A stretch of DNA of 62,611 nucleotides, taken from an uncultured Lentisphaeraceae bacterium. GTDB lineage: Bacteria > Verrucomicrobiota > Kiritimatiellia > RFP12 > UBA1067. The notes beneath the pieces are model-generated. The model was not told the DNA's origin. It ran no database searches and worked only from the letters and a program-made list of their open reading frames with translations. Below are positions 36,138 to 44,499 of the stretch, piece after piece. Location: contig CAZKZI010000002.1 in assembly GCA_964557205.1 (NCBI GenBank), positions 1 through 62,611 of the forward strand, given 5' to 3'. Position 1 is the first letter of the stretch, and every line of letters starts with the position of its first letter. The translations under genes were made by a program, and so were the position numbers.

Positions 36138-38204
36138 TCACCGATCGAGACTGGAGAGAAACTCGGAAATGGGCGTTATGCCTGTGATCAACAGGAAGTC
36201 CCGGGCGCGGGTGGCAGCCACATAGAGCATCTGACGCTCCATCGCCATGATGTCATTCGCATCAGCTTCGCGCATGGCGCAATCCAGCCGCGTTTGGAGC
36301 GGCACCCACATGGCATCGCACGCCATTACCGCAACTGCTTTGAACTCAAGTCCTTCCGCATAGGGCATGGTCGCCATCGCGATTTTTCCCTCTTCATCCG
36401 GGTTTCCTTGGTCTAACAGAACATAGTCTTGCTTTACCAAGGTCACAACCTCTTCGGCACGCGGTAGCAATTCATGGGTGCGCACGAAAATGCAGCACTC
36501 TTGCGGCTTGACCCCTGCCTCAAAAACCTGTTCCAGCCATTGGGCAACCCCGAACTGCTCTTCTTCCTTTGTCATGTACTGTCGGATCGAGGGCGATAAC
36601 CCCGAGAATATTGAGATGGCCTGGCGCCGATCTTCAATGACTCCATCCGCATCCTGAAATTGCTTTGAGACAAAACGATCAGCCAGCATCCGTATCTGAT
36701 GCGAGGTACGGTAGTTGACCTTAAGAATGTGCGAGCGGCCGACAATGTTAATCCCAGCCGATTGCCACGAGACCAGTGGTTGCCGAATCCGCTGTCCTAA
36801 ATCACCTACAAAGAAGAGCGATTGCGGCGTTTTGCGCATGGCGTTAAGCAACACAAGGTGCTCGTGCCGTAAATCCTGGCATTCGTCAGTAATAATGTAA
36901 TCGAATGGATTCTGCAACCTTCCGTCAGCAAGCATCATAGTCACGGTACGAACTTGACGAAAAGGGGGCGTCAGTCCGCGTGCTGCCAGAAGCTTAGTCG
37001 CCCGCTCAACAATTCGCCAGATCTCATGCCGCTGAACCCGACTCAACCGCACAAGTCGTCCTTGTCGCGCTAGCGCGGCATAGGACTCCGGGTTGTCAAC
37101 TCCGGCTACTTCGATCACCTGACTCCACTCGTCAAAGAGGAAGTCTTCCGAATAGTTGTTTAAATCCAAATCGATCCGGGCTTCCTTAAGCGTCTTGCGT
37201 ACCTCCCGCTCATCTGCTGCTGGCGCGGTTGTCGCTTTTCCGTCCAGAAGCAGTTCCGGCAGTGTATCAATTGCCACAACAGTGATGTGTTCAAAAACAG
37301 TTGAATCATCTCCGACTAATCGCTGCACCAGCGAGGCAAGAGATGCGGCCAGTGCCCGGGAGATCGTTGTCAACAGGATTCGTGCTGTGGGCGCTTGACG
37401 TGCCAGGTGCACCGCCCGGTGTAAAGCCACCACCGTCTTGCCAGTTCCCGGACCGCCGCAGATACGCGCATCGCCGTCATCCTCTGCTTCGACCCACTTA
37501 CGCTGTTCGGGGTGAAGGAAGATGCGCCAATCATCCCAGGGCATGGACAAGGCGGCTTGCAGTGCATTCGGCGAATCAATAGCGTAAAAACGGCGGGCTG
37601 CATCGGGTGCGAGAAACGGATTGGTTGTCGCCACTGGCCACCGCGTCACTCGCGGTGTACCGCCGCTCGCCAGTGTCAGCAGGGCTTCGACAGCTTCCTC
37701 CGGCAAATATTCGATAAAGTCCAACAATTCTTTTTCCGAGCGAACACCACGCACATCGTTCACCCACTGATCCGGAATTCCCAGCCAGGCAAATTCGGTT
37801 CGCGGTAGATTGGCGAACAGGGGACGGCGCTGATCGCGTACGGGTGTGGGTCTGGCACGCATTTCTGACTTCACCAGTTCACGCAGAACAACCATCTGCA
37901 TTGCGCCGGTCGTGGGATTGGCAGCAAACTTCCGTTTCTGCGCCCAGGCATAAGCCTGATCGTGGTGGTCGGCATAGCAGAAGAGGGTGCCGTGCTCTGA
38001 GTCATGCAGAATGAGCCGGATGTCCCGCGTACTTCGCAACGACCAGAAGCCAGGATCGCGGCAGCGGTCGAGCCGGTGTTTGCGCAACCCCGGATGGGCG
38101 GGGTTCGCCTGATACATCTCCGCCGCCTCGACCGCGCTCTCTCGCTCAGCGGCCTGCAGTCGCGTCAGACTCTCAGTAAAACTCTTGGCAATGAACAATC
38201 CCAT
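36138..38204 (-). CDS. UvrD/Rep-type SF1 helicase with an N-terminal RelE/ParE-like domain (operon gene 7)
   Basis: Walker A GGPGTGKTVVALHRA, motif II FDYIITDECQDL, motif III FFVGDLGQRI, NYRTSHQI, and motif VI LYVAATRARDFLLITG. The N-terminal ~95 aa (NPAHPGLRKHRLDRCRDPGFWSLRSTRDIRLILHDSEHGTLFCYADHHDQAY) follow the RelE/ParE pattern. Confidence 0.85.
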   Translation of the reverse strand: MGLFIAKSFTESLTRLQAAERESAVEAAEMYQANPAHPGLRKHRLDRCRDPGFWSLRSTRDIRLILHDSEHGTLFCYADHHDQAYAWAQKRKFAANPTTGAMQMVVLRELVKSEMRARPTPVRDQRRPLFANLPRTEFAWLGIPDQWVNDVRGVRSEKELLDFIEYLPEEAVEALLTLASGGTPRVTRWPVATTNPFLAPDAARRFYAIDSPNALQAALSMPWDDWRIFLHPEQRKWVEAEDDGDARICGGPGTGKTVVALHRAVHLARQAPTARILLTTISRALAASLASLVQRLVGDDSTVFEHITVVAIDTLPELLLDGKATTAPAADEREVRKTLKEARIDLDLNNYSEDFLFDEWSQVIEVAGVDNPESYAALARQGRLVRLSRVQRHEIWRIVERATKLLAARGLTPPFRQVRTVTMMLADGRLQNPFDYIITDECQDLRHEHLVLLNAMRKTPQSLFFVGDLGQRIRQPLVSWQSAGINIVGRSHILKVNYRTSHQIRMLADRFVSKQFQDADGVIEDRRQAISIFSGLSPSIRQYMTKEEEQFGVAQWLEQVFEAGVKPQECCIFVRTHELLPRAEEVVTLVKQDYVLLDQGNPDEEGKIAMATMPYAEGLEFKAVAVMACDAMWVPLQTRLDCAMREADANDIMAMERQMLYVAATRARDFLLITGITPISEFLSSLDR

Positions 38205-38210
38205 GACCGC

Positions 38211-40703
38211 CTACTGCATGGTTCCGATCGCTGAACCCAGTTCCCGATCTTCAATTGTGTCCGTTTTGCGGATAAACCGCGCCACATAATCGGAAAAGCA
38301 GCCTCCTACCTGATTCATGTTAGCAACCATGGTTGGAGGAAAACATACATTAGCAAGCTGTCCGTCAAAGTTAATTAGCCGCAACAATCTTTCCCGCAAG
38401 GGATCATCTTTATTGGCAAGAAAGTCCGGATGCGTTTCACGTACGCTAAGAGCAAAGAGGATAGAAAACAACACGTCCTTCCGTGGCACATCAGCAAAGC
38501 CATTAAGATTGAAGTTTGGCAAATAATTTATCAAAGCGTTCAAATAGCATTGCACAAGTTCAAGATTTATTGTGATTCCAGTATGCCAGCAGAGCATCCT
38601 AAAGAGTGACCAACACAACATTTTCGCTTGCTGTGGATCACTAAAATGTGCGTTTTCGCAATAGTTTACGAGTAATTGAAGATCATCAGGATGATCACCA
38701 AGAACAAAACCAGGGCCATGTGCCTCGGAGTAAGACGGGAATGGTGCGTTAATTCGCAGAAGTGAGCGAATATGATTCTTGTAAGCTTGCGATGCATGTC
38801 CGTGACAGTAGTTGTTCTGCTTACTCCAATTATTACGAAGCTGCATACCAGCAGGTATGTTTCCGTTTTGCCAAAGATGATTCGAGAGAATCTCTGCCAA
38901 CTCGGATATTTCCCTGTCTGGTAACACACGCGTGCCAAACAGACCGCGGGTAGGTTGACTTGGGTGAGCACGCCACCCCCAGCGATCAAGAGCGCTAAAA
39001 GGAAAAATTGGTGCGCAGTGAACCGGGGGAGAATCAACACGATATTGCTGAACAGCATTTTGCAAAGCAGCAATTTGATCTTCTTCCCCATTACAGTATC
39101 TGACCAACAAACTGAGCATTTCCAGATTTGCTGGATCATCATAGATGCGTCCAATTACAGGTTGAGCTTCAAGATAGCCTTTGTGCTCAGGCTCGGGCTT
39201 CGTCTCTCTGCCTTGTGCGTGATCGTCTGGATCAAGGGCATAGGTAAGTATGACGGAGTTTTTTCCCTGTTTTCCGTCCGAAACAAAAGGTCGCGAATCA
39301 TCAGCCGCAGTGACAGTAAACCTGGCGTTTCCCCTTGCTGCTTCTACCGTTGCATCAAGACGCAGAGGCAGTTCTTGTGGCAATGGCGTAAAAAGGTCCA
39401 CCTGAAGCCGACGTGCGTAGTCGTAGTCTGGATCATCACAAGGAAGCCGCCGAACGAGCATGGAAAAGCGATCTCGATGACGGTTGATGCAGAAGGCATT
39501 GTGTATGGCGTCATCATTTAATGTCCACGGGATTCCTGGTTCAACCTCCTGATTGGGAGCAACAAGCTGCCTGCCGCCTTGGCTGGTCCAGATTCTGTAC
39601 TCCGGCAACGTATCGTAGTAGGTCGGTTGATTTTCCGCCCGCCGCTCGGCGAAAAGCCGCGATCCTTCAGCTACCGCTGCAAGCGGTAACACCCGGATAT
39701 TCCGTCCAGGCCATACGCCCTCAAGCATCGCTTTCAACCCGTCCGCATCAAGATGCGTGAGCCATCCGTAAACAAGAATGGTGTCGCCTTGCGCAAGATT
39801 AAAATCCTGATGCGTAAGGACGTTCTGCAAGCCATGCCACGTGTGCGGTAATGCGTCAGGCTTTGTTACATGGACCTTTTGCCAACGTATTCCTGCACAG
39901 ACCCAGATATCAAATGCGCGCGCTTCGGATTCCAACTGCTCCTGCACCTCGGGCGCGGTCTGGCAACATCTTAACTGGTCGCGCTCAGGGATATTGGAAA
40001 ACAACTCACTCCAGGCGCCATTCAGAGCCGTGTAATTAAGGTTTCTCCGACGCTCAATGTCTGTCGCGCAGGTGCGAACTGGCGCAATCCAGGCGTTGTC
40101 GCGCTGATGGCGTCGCCAGGTTAGTCGCGTAAACTCCAGCCCTGCCGAGTCGAGGTCCAGTACCCAGACCGCGCCGGTGCCCTTTGTATTGGCAAAGACT
40201 TCTTCCCCATCGCCAGCGGTTAGCCAATACAGCATGGCGGCCACGGGCCGCCAAAGCAACGATACATCGGAATGGATGCCGCTCAAGGCGCGCAGCAACG
40301 CATCCTGCGCGTCTTCGTTCAACCGGTTGGGGATTACAAAGGCGAGTTTTCCCTGCTCGTTTCTTAATGTAGGCAAATGTGCTTTAAGAGCATCAGCTAC
40401 CAATGATGCGCTTTGCCAGACATTTTTCCTCTGCGTCAAATCGCGCCAGATTGCCTCAATCGAAAGCAGGTTGGCTGTGAAAACAGTAGCGGCGTTATTT
40501 CCCTGTACGATATTGAACTCTCTGTTACATACCTGTGGACGAAAGTTTTTGGGACTGCCCCACGTTATGCGCTCGTCATGATCCTTTGCACCAGCGGCAT
40601 CGGCATAGGGTGGGCAACCGAGGAGAACGTGTCGTGTATTGACAGCTTCTTGTTCTATCTGCCACCGCAGGGCTCGCCCAGAGAGATCAATGCCGACACT
40701 CAT
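38211..40703 (-). CDS. large protein with an N-terminal degenerate Hsp70/actin-fold (ASKHA) ATPase domain (operon gene 6)
   Basis: Collinear matches to DnaK NBD motifs are visible. VGIDLSG matches [28 protein letters not shown] matches [33 protein letters not shown] matches [28 protein letters not shown] matches [26 protein letters not shown] matches [26 protein letters not shown] matches PDEAVAIGAAVQG. The C-terminal ~480 aa are unassigned. Confidence 0.6.
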   Translation of the reverse strand: [830 protein letters not shown]

Positions 40704-42373
40704 GTCATCACCTCCTGAAGCATTTTATGGACTTTGTCCTTGAAGAATCCATTGCTGCCACGCAGCATGTTTTTATCAGGCGGCAACTCCCATAGAACAG
40801 CACGCCCTTTGCGATCTTCCACTCTTGTTCTTTCCGCAGCGCGCACAAGTAACAACATGGGAATCGTAACCGTCGAGCGATTCGTTTCTGGCGAATGCCT
40901 CCATGCGATGCCAGCTTCTTCAACCCCCTTCAAGCATTCGGTGCGTAACGCCTTTGTTTTCATTTCATCCTGCCATCGACCATCGCCGATCAGTGTCCAG
41001 ACTGGAACCGCACGCACTTTTGGCCAGTCGGTAGAAACTGCAATCCAGTAAAGATCGGCATTCAGCCGATCCAGCGACAGGCCGCCCAGGCTGGACACAC
41101 GGCTAACGTCTTCACGGTTGAAAAGATAAAGCGAGATGTGGTTGCCGTCGTTTTCAAAGACAAGCGGACCATCGAAGGGTTCGGCTTTGAACCAGCAACC
41201 AAATTGTGGCTCTTTGAGGATGCGAATTGGTTTCATCGAGGCCTGAAATGCCGGAGGCCTCTCTTGGAATTTCAGGGTCCGCATGACTTCTATCATGCTT
41301 GCACGTACATAGTCGGTCCAGGCACGGCGTTTCCAGCGCCACGTCTGGTCACAAATGTCCTCCTGACGCAGCAACTTCTGATAAGCATCCCAGACCTTCA
41401 TGTACCGGACGTTCTGCTGAAGGGCGTAATTGGGTCTGCGGCAGGGAACTGCCAGCGGCGTCACACTGGTCAAAGTTGGTGATGACAAAAACTGTTCACA
41501 TCGGCGTGCAAAGGCGTCCACCCGACGTACACGTCGGCTGCAAACCGTTTCATCATTATTTCGCAGCAGCTCCCCGGTGCATTTTTTGCAGCGGGCACAC
41601 TCTTCTGCGACATACGCCATTGCTGCTGTTCGAGCGCGTCTACAGAAATCATGTACTACCCGATTTTCCAGGGTATTGGCTGTTTCTTCTCGAATAACCG
41701 CCAAAAGCTGCTGCCGATCTCCGGCTTTAATGACAGAGGTATGCCCTGGACGACGGGCGTAGTCGATAAGTGCGGTGAGGTCCATCTCCTGAAGGCGATC
41801 CAGCCTGACCTGGGCATGTTTACGCTGCAGTAAACGTCTCGGTCTTTCGATGATCTCCTGAAGTGGGCCGGGTAAATCTTCAGCTAGATTACAGATTAAT
41901 GCGCGCGAGGCAAAGTCCTCATCCTGAGATGAAAAAAAACTTTCAATCGCCTCTGTTAATAGCTGCTCAAAAAATAAGTCATACAGTTTCTTACGCTTTT
42001 TATAGAGATCATCGGCAAGTTCCTGCAGGTTATTAGTTAACATGCTATGGAACTTGCCAGGCCACTCCTCATAACTTGTTGACTGGGCACCTTTGTATGG
42101 CAGAATGGTAGTTGTCTCCTGCATTGGTAAACGCAGCGTCAAATCCTGTGGACCATCTGCGCGAAATGACGGGCCGGGAAGTTCGAACCAGAAGCTGCCA
42201 TCTGATAAGCGTGTCGGAGTCAGTCCAACTGCCAGATGTGCCACCTCTTCTTCAGATGCATCATAAATCCAGATGCCTGCGCCGTTGTCCGGTCTAACCC
42301 CTTTGTCAGGCGTAACACCTCTTGCCGGAGAGAGTATTACCTGCCAGGGGTATTCTGTGAATGCCCATGGCAT
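40700..42373 (-). CDS. McrC/DUF2357-like protein, nuclease motif not evident (operon gene 5)
   Basis: IIERPRRLLQRKHAQVRL and EETANTLENRVVHDFCRRA parallel QIRRRPHTLLRRE and LDTQPNRFIKFALQQF in 25043..27037. The position of PDY...DAKY reads ADLYW...IGDGRW. The start overlaps gene 6 by ATGA, and the gene lies 3 nt after gene 4. Confidence 0.5.
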   Translation of the reverse strand: MPWAFTEYPWQVILSPARGVTPDKGVRPDNGAGIWIYDASEEEVAHLAVGLTPTRLSDGSFWFELPGPSFRADGPQDLTLRLPMQETTTILPYKGAQSTSYEEWPGKFHSMLTNNLQELADDLYKKRKKLYDLFFEQLLTEAIESFFSSQDEDFASRALICNLAEDLPGPLQEIIERPRRLLQRKHAQVRLDRLQEMDLTALIDYARRPGHTSVIKAGDRQQLLAVIREETANTLENRVVHDFCRRARTAAMAYVAEECARCKKCTGELLRNNDETVCSRRVRRVDAFARRCEQFLSSPTLTSVTPLAVPCRRPNYALQQNVRYMKVWDAYQKLLRQEDICDQTWRWKRRAWTDYVRASMIEVMRTLKFQERPPAFQASMKPIRILKEPQFGCWFKAEPFDGPLVFENDGNHISLYLFNREDVSRVSSLGGLSLDRLNADLYWIAVSTDWPKVRAVPVWTLIGDGRWQDEMKTKALRTECLKGVEEAGIAWRHSPETNRSTVTIPMLLLVRAAERTRVEDRKGRAVLWELPPDKNMLRGSNGFFKDKVHKMLQEVMT

Positions 42374-42376
42374 AAA

Positions 42377-44050
42377 TTAATTGTCTTCCCCGTATGCCCA
42401 ATCCAACCCCTGCCAGTGGAAGAAACCGGAGCGGTTTTTCTGTCTGTTTACAGCGTTATCAAAAGCAGTATTCAGGGTGTCATCGCCAATTAGTTGGACC
42501 GTTTCTCCTACCAGCTCCAGTGTCTGAGCATGTTGTGTAAGGTCCAGTCCACGCAGTTTGGGCATGATGCGCATGCCAATCTGATCGGCCAGCGGACGTT
42601 TAAAGAAACCTAGTGTATCACTCTCGTCAATTCCCGCAGCCTTGTATGGATAGTTTGCCAGATAGCTCAGCATGGCCTGGTAGGATCTGTGCGCAAATGG
42701 ACGTCCCAGGTTTGCTAATTCGTTATTGAGTCTTTTGAGTTGCTGCTCTGCTATATGCCAACGACCATTTTCCTGTGTGTCAATTGCAGTAACGTCTTGC
42801 TTCCAATTTTCCCAGGCTGTGCGTTGCAGCATCTTTTGTGTGCCATTCTGTTTATCGGCTGTCATAGGTTTCAAGTTGTTGGGCCGCCCGAAATAGAGCA
42901 CATTTGCCCGATCAAGAACCTTGTCTGAGAGACTTTGGGTAGTTTCGTCCTCGTTCATTGTGCCGACAAAAAGCGTATTGTAATTTGCGAACAGTTGGAT
43001 TGGTTTTTCCCTGAATTCAACTTCTTGGTTGTTTTCCCCCTCCTTTTCAAAACCGTTGGCACCTGCGAATATCTCCATTGCAACTCTGCGCCGATGTTCG
43101 GTATCGTCTAGCCTGCCCCCGCGACGCAACTCCAGCTTGCTCAGGAACTCACTGAAGTAGTATTCAATACGTGCCAGGTTCATCTCATCCAGCATTGCCA
43201 TCAGCATGTATTCACTGAGGTCAGGGTCAGGATGTAACCCCTCCTGCGGGTGATGTCCCTGAAACTGAAACAGCGCTTTGGCAAGCGGTGTCGGTTCATA
43301 GCGGTTGGTGACATAGTTAAAGAATCCGAGAAGATCCTTGGGGCTGTCCCAACGCGGCTCAACCGCCAACGTAACCAGATGTATGCCCATGGCTTTGGCA
43401 TAGAGATCCGGCAGGGCGCTTTTTCCTGTTCCGCTCACGCCCGCCATAACCGTCAGGCTGGATATATCGGAGGTCTTAAGTGAGGTGTGGAAGGCATAGA
43501 GCAGACGCTCTGGCAGATCATATTCACGAATATTACGAACATAGTTCTTCATGCCATCCAATGCCTGGGTCTCAGATTTAAATTCCTGATCGGCAGATGG
43601 AGTTGTAAATACCGGATTTTTGACAATCCCCTCAAATGCCGCCTGTCGCAGAACAACCGGCCTCTCTTTCCGTGCCTTTGCAATGGCGGCAAGATCATCC
43701 ATCATCTGTTGGTTGGTCTGACATATTGAATGTTGTAACTCCCTTGTACTCTTGAGCGTTTCGTCCAGGGCCTTCAGTGCCTTAGCCTTTGATTCGTATT
43801 CCTGTGCTTTGGACCCCAGATTCTCAATAGCCTCGTTGATCTTTTTGAGCTTGGCTTCGTTCGGGCCAATTTCGTTTTCAAGGTCGTTCTTTTTTGCTTT
43901 CAGTTTGCTTATTTCAGGAATCAACTGCCCCACCCGTTCCTGTGCTTGTTCGATTTGATTTTTCAACGTATCAAGCGATGTGCGGGCTTCATCTCGATCC
44001 TTGCGAAGTCTTTCCAATTCATCCGCGAGCAAGGCATGTTCTGACTCCAT
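42377..44050 (-). CDS. coiled-coil + McrB-family AAA+ NTPase (operon gene 4)
   Basis: The N-terminal ~110 aa have heptad-rich coiled-coil character. Walker A is MAGVSGTGKSALPDLY. Walker B region is MLDEMNLARIEYYFSEFLSKLE. FVGTMNEDETTQSLSDKVLDRANVLYF is present. It is clearly paralogous to the AAA+ module of 22025..24610. Confidence 0.8.
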   Translation of the reverse strand: MESEHALLADELERLRKDRDEARTSLDTLKNQIEQAQERVGQLIPEISKLKAKKNDLENEIGPNEAKLKKINEAIENLGSKAQEYESKAKALKALDETLKSTRELQHSICQTNQQMMDDLAAIAKARKERPVVLRQAAFEGIVKNPVFTTPSADQEFKSETQALDGMKNYVRNIREYDLPERLLYAFHTSLKTSDISSLTVMAGVSGTGKSALPDLYAKAMGIHLVTLAVEPRWDSPKDLLGFFNYVTNRYEPTPLAKALFQFQGHHPQEGLHPDPDLSEYMLMAMLDEMNLARIEYYFSEFLSKLELRRGGRLDDTEHRRRVAMEIFAGANGFEKEGENNQEVEFREKPIQLFANYNTLFVGTMNEDETTQSLSDKVLDRANVLYFGRPNNLKPMTADKQNGTQKMLQRTAWENWKQDVTAIDTQENGRWHIAEQQLKRLNNELANLGRPFAHRSYQAMLSYLANYPYKAAGIDESDTLGFFKRPLADQIGMRIMPKLRGLDLTQHAQTLELVGETVQLIGDDTLNTAFDNAVNRQKNRSGFFHWQGLDWAYGEDN

Positions 44051-44055
44051 TCGGG

Positions 44056-44475
44056 CTATTTCAGTTTTTCGGCTTGTGCTATCAATTCCTGGATTTTATC
44101 ATTTAGATTTTGAAGCTCCCTTTGCTTGGTATTGATCTCGGCCACCAGATTGGCAAGTATTTTTTCCAATGCCTCCCGTTCCCCATCTAATCTTGGCTTC
44201 TCATATTCAAGCCAATCCTCGGCCTCTTTTTTTCTCCTTAAAATCTCTGTAACCTTTGTATATTCGTCGTTCAAATTTTCAAGCTGTTTGCTCAACAACG
44301 TAGCTTTTTCAGCATTTTCAATTTGATTTTTTAAGGCAGTCAACTCTTTGTCAGCGTTACTGCGCAATAGCGCAACTTGTTCTTCGAGATCGCGTTTTTC
44401 GCGGGCTTTGCTGATATAGATGACGATTGCCAGAACAGCAGATGCCAGATAGGCGATAATTAGATGATTTTCCAT
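44056..44475 (-). CDS. small membrane-anchored coiled-coil protein (operon gene 3)
   Basis: An N-terminal hydrophobic helix (LIIAYLASAVLAIVIYI) is followed by KAREKR and ~110 aa of E/K/L/Q-rich coiled-coil sequence. It shares LKNQIE(N/Q)A with the gene 4 N-terminus. Confidence 0.65.
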   Translation of the reverse strand: MENHLIIAYLASAVLAIVIYISKAREKRDLEEQVALLRSNADKELTALKNQIENAEKATLLSKQLENLNDEYTKVTEILRRKKEAEDWLEYEKPRLDGEREALEKILANLVAEINTKQRELQNLNDKIQELIAQAEKLK

Positions 44476-44499
44476 AATGATGTTCCTGTTAGTTTGAGA

